A model generated the notes under the pieces. That model was given only the letters and a program-made list of their open reading frames with translations, was not told the DNA's origin and searched no databases. The translations under genes and the position numbers were made by a program. Below are positions 56,739 to 64,000 of a DNA stretch of 64,000 nt, piece after piece. This DNA is from Candidatus Latescibacterota bacterium (GTDB taxonomy: Bacteria; Latescibacterota; UBA2968; UBA8231), in NCBI GenBank assembly GCA_965217585.1, contig OZ244561.1, positions 2,432,001-2,496,000 on the forward strand, written 5' to 3'. The stretch's first letter is position 1. Every line of letters begins with the position of its first letter.

Positions 56739-56893
56739 CTTCTATTTTCTCCTTTAGTAGAATTCCGTGCGGCAGGGCAAGCTAAGGAAGAGGGGAGTTA
56801 CTATCAAGAGGCGTCATTGGCCGCGCCGCACCGCCTTTCTATATTAAGCGCTGCGCTGTACACACCCCGCATCACAGGAGTGATTCACCCCCA

Positions 56894-57178
56894 ATGGACG
56901 CACCCCGCCAACGCCTGCTCTACTTGCAGGCGCGCACCCCTAGCGTCATGTCCAACATCATCGGCCTAACGCTCATCGAGCCGGTCGCGGGCTTTGCGCC
57001 CGAAATCCACGCCGAATCAGCACCCGATTGGCCCTACGAAACCGTACACGACGCCGTAGTTGACGGCTGGCAAATCGTCCAATTTCCTCACCTCCAGGCC
57101 CCGTTCGACGACAGGGAGTTGGACGTAATTGGCTATGAATTCATCCTACAGAAAATGGAGGTTATCGCCGATGAATGA
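56894..57178 (+). CDS. Small conserved hypothetical protein coupled to a PhyH gene
   Basis: AGGAG RBS; 94 aa with RQRLLYL, PYETV.DA..DGWQIVQFP, YEFILQKME. Its stop overlaps the next start. Confidence 0.72.
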   Translation: MDAPRQRLLYLQARTPSVMSNIIGLTLIEPVAGFAPEIHAESAPDWPYETVHDAVVDGWQIVQFPHLQAPFDDRELDVIGYEFILQKMEVIADE

Positions 57179-57950
57179 GCATCTGCTCAGCGACGCCGAA
57201 GTGGCCCGTTTCCTCGTCTCCGGCTACCACCTCGTCGAGCCTGAATTGCCCGCCGGGCTCAACGAGTCCATCGCCGCCCAGCTCGACGTTTTGAACCACA
57301 ACCCCGGCGACGCCATCACCGAAACCGTGCCCCAACTCTGGCAAGTACTCGACCATCCGGCCGTCACAGGCGCGCTCGTCAGCCTGCTCGGCCCGGACTA
57401 CGAAGTGCAGTCGCATCGCCACTGGCACTGCAAGCAGCCGAACTCCCCGCACATGAACTGGCACCAAGACGGTCTCAACAACCGCGATGTGCTGCTCAAC
57501 CGCTTCCTAGGGCTGTATTACCCGACCGACGTCACTCCCGATATGGGGCCGACGATCATCGTCCCCGGCACCCAGTTCCGCAACGCGCCGACGGATCGCA
57601 TGGCCACGTACTCCAACATTCGCGGCCAAGTGCCGCTCGTGGTCAAGGCCGGTACCGTAGCCTTCACGCACTACGATCTCTGGCACGGCACAGCCGCCAA
57701 CCGCTCGCCGCACAAGCGCCACATGATCAAGGTTCTTTTCCGCCGCACTCAGGACAACACAGCACCCACTTGGAATCACGACCCAGAGGCGGCTGACAAA
57801 CCTGCCGACTGGAACGAGCGCGACCGGGCCGAGGACGCCACCAACATCCTCAACTTCACCAATCCGCTAGGCGTCTCCCAGAGCGACCACTACAAGGAGC
57901 GCGCCATCCGCCGTCAGAACTGGAACTACCTCATGGGTCTGTCGGCCTAA
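57171..57950 (+). CDS. PhyH-family dioxygenase (same clade as the HEAT fusions, without HEAT repeats)
   Basis: ATG 57171 after GGAGG; HRHWH, WHQD, YYPTDVTPDMGPT, HYDLWHG. Confidence 0.87.
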   Translation: MNEHLLSDAEVARFLVSGYHLVEPELPAGLNESIAAQLDVLNHNPGDAITETVPQLWQVLDHPAVTGALVSLLGPDYEVQSHRHWHCKQPNSPHMNWHQDGLNNRDVLLNRFLGLYYPTDVTPDMGPTIIVPGTQFRNAPTDRMATYSNIRGQVPLVVKAGTVAFTHYDLWHGTAANRSPHKRHMIKVLFRRTQDNTAPTWNHDPEAADKPADWNERDRAEDATNILNFTNPLGVSQSDHYKERAIRRQNWNYLMGLSA

Positions 57951-57978
57951 TCCTAAACCCTAGCAAAGAAAGCATGTT

Positions 57979-58656
57979 ATGACCGTCCAAATCGCCCGCG
58001 TTGAAGAGCGTTTCAAATGTCCCGGACCTCAGCCCAACGGCCTGCAAGCCGCACCCGACGGCCTCTGGTGCATCGACCAAGTTGACCTCAAGATTTATAA
58101 ATTCGACTACGAAAGCGGCGAGACCCTTTTTGAAGCCCAGACCGACACCGCACACTCCAGCGGCATTACCCTCGGCGACGGCTCTATGTGGATCGCCTCG
58201 ACCTTTGAGCTTAAGATCGCCCGCCTCGACCCGGCTACGGGCCAGACCATCGCCAAGCTGGATTCGCCGGGCAATGGCGTCGTCGCTTGGGTCGCCGACC
58301 AGCAAAATGGCCGCGTCACCGGGGCCCACGGCCTCGAGTGGAAGGACGGCAAGGTGTACGTGGCCTCGCCGCCTTCGCAGTTCGTTCACGTGATGGATGC
58401 CAGCACTTGGGAAGAAGTCCATTCCTTCCGCGTCCCCGGCCTTCGGGTTCACGGCCTAGCTTGGGCTGACGACGGCACCCTCTGGGTCGCCGACACCTCA
58501 GCCGGCACCATCAACCGCCTCGATCCCGAAGACGGGCGCATCTGGGAGGTCATCCGCGTCGAAGCTCCCACCGAAGTCCACGGACTGACCATCCACGAGG
58601 GCGTACTCTGGTACTGCGACGCTGCCACGCGCACAATCGGCCAACTGCACCTATAA
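57979..58656 (+). CDS. Beta-propeller protein (Vgb/glutaminyl-cyclase/NHL-like repeats)
   Basis: Five repeats of the type xGL/I.W.DG.LW.D (PNGL, SSGI, AHGL, VHGL, VHGL). Confidence 0.72.
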   Translation: MTVQIARVEERFKCPGPQPNGLQAAPDGLWCIDQVDLKIYKFDYESGETLFEAQTDTAHSSGITLGDGSMWIASTFELKIARLDPATGQTIAKLDSPGNGVVAWVADQQNGRVTGAHGLEWKDGKVYVASPPSQFVHVMDASTWEEVHSFRVPGLRVHGLAWADDGTLWVADTSAGTINRLDPEDGRIWEVIRVEAPTEVHGLTIHEGVLWYCDAATRTIGQLHL

Positions 58657-58671
58657 AAGAAAGGGATTCCA

Positions 58672-59805
58672 TTGAAGATCACCGATGTCAAGACCGCCGA
58701 AGTGCGCATAAAGGCCAACGGCCAACCCCGCTATCTCTACCATTACGTTCGCATCCACACCGACGAGGGCATCTACGGCACCGGCGAGGCCAGCCACGTC
58801 GATGGCGGCTGGCGCGGCTCCACCCAGTCCATGGCCGACCAACTCATCGGCAAGGACCCACGCGATGTCGATGCGCTCTTTGAAGGTATTCGCCGCAGCT
58901 ACATCTTCCGCGGCGGCATGTCGGGTCTGGCGATTTCGGCGCTGACCGGCCTTGAGGTCGCGCTTTGGGACTTGGCTGGCAAGGCCCAAGGCATACCCGT
59001 TTACCGGCTCTTGGGCGGCAAGTTCCGCGACCGGGTGCGCCTCTACGTCGATAGCGCCCATTCGGACTACAAACAGCGCGCCGAGGACGCGCGCGCAAAA
59101 GGTTTCACCGCGATTAAGTTCGATCTCGACGACGCGGGCCATCCCGAAAAGCTCGATCCTTGGAATTGGTCGGTGACCCCTGCTGAGTTGGAGGATCTAG
59201 TCGCCCAAGCGCACCAGATCCGCGAGGCGGTTGGCCCCCACATGGACTTGGCCATTGACCTGCACGGCCGCTACGACGCCACCGCCGGGATGAAGTTCGC
59301 CCACGCGCTCGAGGACCTGAATCTGATGTGGCTCGAAGAGCCGGTGCCGCCCGAGAATATCGACGCCCTCAAGCGCATCACCGACTCGACCCGCACCCCG
59401 ATCTGCGCTGGCGAGAACGCCTATCTGCGCTACGGCTTCCGCGACATGCTCGAACAGCAGGCGGTCGATATCATCATGCCCGACATTTCCAAGTGCGGCG
59501 GCCTCTCCGAGTGCCGCAAGATCGCCAACATGGCCGAGACTTACTACATCCCCTTTGCCCCGCACAACAATTCCAGCGCCTTGAGCACAGTGGCCGACGC
59601 TCACGTCTGCGCCAGTGTGCCCAATTTTCTCGCCTTGGAGTTCCACCGCTACGACGACCCCACCTGGAACGACGTGGTCCTTTCCGACGAGCCGGTGATT
59701 CAGGAAGGGCACGTGGTGCTGAGCGAAAAGCCAGGGCTAGGGGTGGAGTTGAACGAGGCGTTTCTGCAGAGTATGATGGAGGACGGGGAGCCGCTCTGGC
59801 AGTAA
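58672..59805 (+). CDS. Mandelate racemase family, acid-sugar dehydratase-like
   Basis: TDEGIYGTGE, ALWDLAGK, KFD, DLH, WLEEP, AGEN, APHN, LEFH. Confidence 0.9.
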   Translation: MKITDVKTAEVRIKANGQPRYLYHYVRIHTDEGIYGTGEASHVDGGWRGSTQSMADQLIGKDPRDVDALFEGIRRSYIFRGGMSGLAISALTGLEVALWDLAGKAQGIPVYRLLGGKFRDRVRLYVDSAHSDYKQRAEDARAKGFTAIKFDLDDAGHPEKLDPWNWSVTPAELEDLVAQAHQIREAVGPHMDLAIDLHGRYDATAGMKFAHALEDLNLMWLEEPVPPENIDALKRITDSTRTPICAGENAYLRYGFRDMLEQQAVDIIMPDISKCGGLSECRKIANMAETYYIPFAPHNNSSALSTVADAHVCASVPNFLALEFHRYDDPTWNDVVLSDEPVIQEGHVVLSEKPGLGVELNEAFLQSMMEDGEPLWQ

Positions 59806-59852
59806 TACCAGTGCAAGAATAAATCTGAGACCGCTATAATAGGATACCCACC

Positions 59853-60251
59853 ATGACCCAACGCAAAGCATACAACCCCGCCTGGCCCTGGACCGAGAAT
59901 TTCCGCATCTCACAGGCCGTGCAGGTGGGCGATACGATCTATGTCTCCGGCCAAGGGCCGCTCGACTCGGAGGGGCACCTCGTCGGCGAAGGCGACATGG
60001 CCGCGCAGTCGCGCCAAGTGTTTGCCAATATCCGCGCCGTGCTCGCCGAGGCCGGCGCGACCATGGACGACGTGGTCAAGATCACCTCGTTTATCACCGA
60101 CACGGGTCGCTACGCCGAATATGCGGCCGCCCGCGCCGAAGCCTTTCCCAACCAAGTCCCCGCCAGCTCTACCGTGACGGTCGCCGATCTAGTCCTGACC
60201 GGAATGCTCGTCGAGGTTGAGGCTATAGCCGTGCCCGGCAGCGGGAGCTAG
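59853..60251 (+). CDS. RidA/YjgF family protein
   Basis: SQAV..YVSGQ, VVK, PASSTV, LVEVEAIA. The position of the catalytic Arg reads Ser (PASS), so it is possibly a non-deaminase Rid subfamily. Confidence 0.88.
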   Translation: MTQRKAYNPAWPWTENFRISQAVQVGDTIYVSGQGPLDSEGHLVGEGDMAAQSRQVFANIRAVLAEAGATMDDVVKITSFITDTGRYAEYAAARAEAFPNQVPASSTVTVADLVLTGMLVEVEAIAVPGSGS

Positions 60252-60301
60252 TCAGAGATAAACCTCTTCAGAAGAAAATCCTTGACGCCTGCACAAGTCT
60301 T

Positions 60302-60448
60302 TGCCAAATAGGCTGTCAATTATCCCGTCAGATAAGGGTGAATTTTTGCCCAACTTCCTTGTTAAAAGGATATAAATCCATTATATTCTTTATGTTAAGC
60401 ATTTGTCCTATCTGTCAAATTAACTGTCAAATAAGGGGACAAATATGG
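60302..60448 (+). promoter_or_regulatory. Two triplets of 12-bp direct repeats upstream of the Fic gene (putative operator array)
   Basis: tgccaaataggc/tgtcaattatcc/cgtcagataagg (60302-60337) and tgtcaaattaac/tgtcaaataagg/ggacaaatatgg (60413-60448). Inverted pair atttgtcc (60401) and ggacaaat (60437). Confidence 0.5.
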
Positions 60449-61638
60449 ACTGGGAAAGGTTCTCCTTCGAGTACGATCTTAACGCTCAAGATCTCTTTCA
60501 GGATCTCGTCTCTATCGAGGCATACAAGGAAGCCTCTCTGAACCTAGCGTTCCCACAGGAGTGGCAGAATCAGCTCGACAGGCTGAACCGAGTGCGTGCG
60601 GTTCATGGAACGACTGCGATAGAAGGCAACCCCCTTTCCGAGGCGGAGGTTGCTCAACAGATGGAACGACTCGAACAACAAGATCACGACGATCAAGGGA
60701 AGACTGCGACAAAGGAACAATTGCAGATCAGGAACGCCGGAGTGGCTCAATCCTGGGTAAAAAAACGATTTCTTCCGGACAGCCGGCCTGTTGACTTGCA
60801 AGACATCCTCACAATGCACGAAACGATCACCCGGGATTCGGATACCCACAACAATATTCCTGGAGAACTCCGCAGATCTCCCGTTAAGGTGGGCGCTGAA
60901 GACCTTGGAGGAGTCCATAGAGGTGCCCCGTACGAACGGCTGCCTCGTTTGATGGAGGAGTACATCGATTTCATCAACTCCCGCCGGTTCGATGGCATTC
61001 ATCCGGTTATACGCGCCCTGCTCGCCCACTTCTTCCTAGTGACGATTCACCCCTTCGGAGACGGCAATGGCAGAGTCTCCCGGCTCGTGGAGGCAGGCAT
61101 CCTCTTTCAGCGCGGGTATAATGTCCATGGCTTCTACGGGCTATCCAACTACTTCTATAGCCACGAACAGGAATACAAATCAATCCTACAACAATGCCGA
61201 AAAAGCCAGCCTTTCGACGTGATGCCATTTATTCGCTTTGGCGTGGCTGGCTTTGCGAGTGAGCTCAAAGGCATAAACAATTTCGTCAAAGCAAGGATCA
61301 ATCGGTTAGTGTACCGAACGATGATCATCCGCGCTTTCAGTAAAAGAATGGGGCCCCGGCGGCGGCTCTTGAACCAGAGAGAGTACAATCTTCTCGACTT
61401 TCTCCTGAGCGAGACAGAGCCTGTAGATCCCTTCTCAGATGCCTCGTCCCGCAAAATCAGTCTGTCAGAGCTACTGGAGGCAAATTACGTGCAGTCGGCA
61501 TACCGGAATGTCACGAGACGAACTTTTCATAGGGAGTTGATGCGACTCGGGGAACTTGGGTTCATCGAGTTCACTATAGATGAGTCGGTTCAGGACTGGG
61601 GCGTGGAGCTAGATTTTGGAGCTATCTCAAAGTATTAA
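60445..61638 (+). CDS. Fic family protein (class II, N-terminal inhibitory helix) with C-terminal winged-HTH-like region
   Basis: HPFGDGNGRVSR catalytic motif; TTAIEGN inhibitory motif; RRTFHREL..L...GFI C-terminal HTH-like segment. Confidence 0.92.
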   Translation: MDWERFSFEYDLNAQDLFQDLVSIEAYKEASLNLAFPQEWQNQLDRLNRVRAVHGTTAIEGNPLSEAEVAQQMERLEQQDHDDQGKTATKEQLQIRNAGVAQSWVKKRFLPDSRPVDLQDILTMHETITRDSDTHNNIPGELRRSPVKVGAEDLGGVHRGAPYERLPRLMEEYIDFINSRRFDGIHPVIRALLAHFFLVTIHPFGDGNGRVSRLVEAGILFQRGYNVHGFYGLSNYFYSHEQEYKSILQQCRKSQPFDVMPFIRFGVAGFASELKGINNFVKARINRLVYRTMIIRAFSKRMGPRRRLLNQREYNLLDFLLSETEPVDPFSDASSRKISLSELLEANYVQSAYRNVTRRTFHRELMRLGELGFIEFTIDESVQDWGVELDFGAISKY

Positions 61639-61730
61639 ACATTGCACGAAGCGCTGGTGCCAAACCAAGCTAAAATTTCAAAAATAACCACTACTACCCC
61701 ATTTTTGGCCTAGGCACACGCTTGAGACCA

Positions 61731-61787
61731 CAGGGGGCGGTTGTTCATAACCCGATCAGTGGTGGGAGAGGGCAGCCGCCTCCGCTG
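61731..61787 (+). other. Long G:U-rich stem-loop upstream of the AT-rich gene
   Basis: gggggcggttgttc (61733-61746) pairs fully with gggcagccgcctcc (61770-61783) using four G:U pairs; inner ccc..ggg helix. Confidence 0.5.
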
Positions 61788-61806
61788 ACACCAAGGAAAA
61801 GAAAAA

Positions 61807-62310
61807 ATGAGTGAAGAGTCAAAAATGTACTATCATCTTGCCCGTCAAGTAGATGAAACAGAGATCGGTCAGGAGAAAGAGACTGCTAAAGATTTATCAT
61901 ATTATTGGCAAGGTGTTATTTCTAGAACTGAAAACAACTATATATATCAGTTTCGAAAAGAATATATAGTTGAAGAGATACGAAAATCTGAGTTTCCTGA
62001 TCTTCCTTCTCGAAAAAGAAGCCTTTTTATGATAGACACACAATGGGAAGAATATGCTGAATTATTTTTACGTGGGATGGGATTTAGAGATTCAAACTTA
62101 AATGGACGGACCTTGACTATAGTTGAGCCACTTCAAGGAAACTTTCATCTCGCTGATATGGAAAAACTAAACGTAGAAGCTCCAGATTGTTCAGTGATAG
62201 AAGACGCAGCCCGTGAATACTGGAATGGCATGGAATCGTATATTCCCATGTACGAGATACTCTTTGAAGGTTCTTATATCATCCGTGACATAGTCAAGAC
62301 ATATCAATAG
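61807..62310 (+). CDS. DUF2441-like protein (possible ADP-ribosyltransferase fold), AT-rich
   Basis: E.IVEEIR..FPDLPSRKRSLF, A.EYW.G..EILFEG..I motifs; visibly much lower GC than the flanks. Confidence 0.65.
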   Translation: MSEESKMYYHLARQVDETEIGQEKETAKDLSYYWQGVISRTENNYIYQFRKEYIVEEIRKSEFPDLPSRKRSLFMIDTQWEEYAELFLRGMGFRDSNLNGRTLTIVEPLQGNFHLADMEKLNVEAPDCSVIEDAAREYWNGMESYIPMYEILFEGSYIIRDIVKTYQ

Positions 62311-62395
62311 TATCGACCATCTTGAATTCTCTATGGGATCAAAAGACAAGTCGGTCATTTGCATTAATTCTTATTGGCCAATCCGCTCATAAGAA

Positions 62396-64000
62396 CTACC
62401 TCGGCTCCCGATAGACATCCGGCCCGGAGCCGCCGACCAAGATGTCCAAGTCAACGCCCTTGTCGGCTTGGAGCACGTGCCGGACGTAGAGGCCGGCATA
62501 ACCCCGCGTGACGATCGGCGCGGGCGGCGTCCACGCTTGCCGCCTTCTTTGTAACTCCTCATCGGGCACGGCCATATTCAACGACCGCTTCTCCACGTCT
62601 AGCTCAATCAGGTCGCTGTCTTGCACCAAGGCCAACGGCCCGCCCACGGCGGCTTCAGGCGCGACGTGCAGAATCACCGTCCCGTAGGCCGTGCCGCTCA
62701 TCCGCCCGTCCGAGATGCAAACCATATCGCGCACGCCCTGCTGCAACAGCTTCTTGGGCAAACCGAACTTCCCGGCTTCGGGCATACCGGGGAACCCTTT
62801 TGGGCCGATGCCCTTTAAGACCAGCACGCTGTCTTTGTCCACGTCGAGATTGGGATCGTCAATCCGCTCCCTGTAGTCTTCTATACTCTCAAACACCACG
62901 GCTCGGCCGCAGTGCTGCATCAGCTCGGGCGAGGCGGCCGACGGCTTGATAATCGCCCCATCCGGGCAGAGGTTGCCCCGGAGCACGGCGATCCCGGCCG
63001 CTTCCTTGAGCGGCTTGTCAATAGCGGCGATAACCTCTCGATTGTAGCATTGGGCACCCGAGGTATTTTCGCCAAGCGACTTGCCGGTCACGGTCAACGC
63101 ATCGAGATAAAGATGCTCCTTCATCTCTTGGATCACAGCGGGCAAGCCCCCGGCGTAGAAGAAATCCTCCATCAGGTATTCGCCCGAGGGCATTAGGTTG
63201 ACCAAGTGCGGCATGCGGCTGCCCAAGCGGTCGAAGTCGTCCAGTTCCAACTCGACGTCGAGCCGTCCGGCGATGGCCAACAGATGCACCACGAAGTTGG
63301 TCGAGCCGCCCAGTGCTGCGTTGACCTTGATGGCGTTTTCTACGGCTGGTCGCGTCACAATGCGCGACATGCGCAAGTCTTCTCGCACCATCTCGACGAT
63401 GCGATTGCCCGCCAAATGCCCCAAGCGCTTGCGCCGCGCATCTGGTCCCGGAATCGCCGCGCCGCTCGGCAGCGTCAGCCCGAGGGTCTCGACCATGCAG
63501 GCCATTGTCGAGGCCGTACCCATGGTCATGCAGTGGCCGTCCGAGCGCGAAATCCCAGCCTCGGCCTCCAGGTAATCCAAACGCGAGATGCTCCCGGCTC
63601 GCAGCTCAGTCGTAAAGCGATAGACATCCGTGCCGGAGCCGATATTCTCATTGCGGAACTTGCCGTTGAGCATCGGCCCGCCCGTCACCGCGATGGTCGG
63701 CAAGTCCACGCTCGCCGCCCCCATCAGACAGGCTGGCGTCGTTTTGTCGCAGCCGGTCAGCAGCACCACTCCGTCGAGCGGGTTGGCGCGGATGCTTTCC
63801 TCCACGTCCATACTCGCCAAGTTGCGGTAGAGCATGGTCGTCGGCTTCATCAGCGTCTCGCCGAGCGAGGTAACCGGAAACTCGAGCGGAAAACCCCCGG
63901 TCTCATACACCCCGCGCTTGACCTGCTCGGCTAAGATCCGCAGATGGGCGTTGCAAGGATTCAAGTCCGACCACGTGTTGCAGATCCCGATCACGGGCCG
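62396..64000 (-). CDS. IlvD/Edd-family dehydratase, sugar-acid (pentonate) dehydratase-like; 5' end lies beyond the window
   Basis: PVIGICNTWSDLNPCNAH, GCDKT, HCMTMGTASTM, GGSTN, SDGRMSGT. Confidence 0.92.
   Translation of the reverse strand, partial: RPVIGICNTWSDLNPCNAHLRILAEQVKRGVYETGGFPLEFPVTSLGETLMKPTTMLYRNLASMDVEESIRANPLDGVVLLTGCDKTTPACLMGAASVDLPTIAVTGGPMLNGKFRNENIGSGTDVYRFTTELRAGSISRLDYLEAEAGISRSDGHCMTMGTASTMACMVETLGLTLPSGAAIPGPDARRKRLGHLAGNRIVEMVREDLRMSRIVTRPAVENAIKVNAALGGSTNFVVHLLAIAGRLDVELELDDFDRLGSRMPHLVNLMPSGEYLMEDFFYAGGLPAVIQEMKEHLYLDALTVTGKSLGENTSGAQCYNREVIAAIDKPLKEAAGIAVLRGNLCPDGAIIKPSAASPELMQHCGRAVVFESIEDYRERIDDPNLDVDKDSVLVLKGIGPKGFPGMPEAGKFGLPKKLLQQGVRDMVCISDGRMSGTAYGTVILHVAPEAAVGGPLALVQDSDLIELDVEKRSLNMAVPDEELQRRRQAWTPPAPIVTRGYAGLYVRHVLQADKGVDLDILVGGSGPDVYREPR

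Noticed and set aside
61640-62370. Integron cassette with an attC site around the AT-rich gene
   Set aside because: No matching RYYYAAC...GTTRRRY box pair found and no integrase in the window.
62396-64000. ilvD of branched-chain amino acid synthesis
   Set aside because: The motifs (NTWSDLNPCNAH, HCMTMGTASTM) fit the sugar-acid dehydratase branch better, so no symbol was assigned.

Overview
A GC-rich, gene-dense bacterial chromosomal window with about 47 supportable coding features. I saw no rRNA, tRNA, CRISPR array or intact mobile element. The gene families (seven PhyH-like Fe/2OG dioxygenases, a DUF6785/6784 membrane protein, CRTAC1/ASPIC propellers, FlgD-Ig/CHU_C-tailed secreted proteins, C-terminal 'TAVESSSWGRIK' tails) suggest an FCB-group candidate phylum such as Latescibacterota or a Poribacteria-like lineage. 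This taxonomy is inferred, not proven. The main candidate for an undescribed system is a 16-kb, nine-gene minus-strand operon (5703-21728). It encodes three paralogous secreted proteins with the same FTP/FSPxGD...VxY C-terminal domain, a predicted 881-aa outer-membrane beta-barrel with Asp-rich Ca-type loops, a lipoprotein, a two-parvulin foldase lipoprotein, a TPR lipoprotein, a CRTAC1 protein and a Receptor-L repeat lipoprotein. It is divergently transcribed from a DUF6785 membrane protein, a TMEM260/GT117-like glycosyltransferase and a second CRTAC1 lipoprotein. Other points of interest are a tandem gene duplicate whose differences concentrate in two patches, an HxG (halogenase-like) PhyH protein, PhyH-HEAT fusions, a PcfJ-domain protein, and a Fic gene with upstream 12-bp repeats followed by an AT-rich DUF2441-like gene. 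The remainder is mostly small-molecule and sugar-acid catabolism. All family calls come from reading motifs by eye; no database searches were run.
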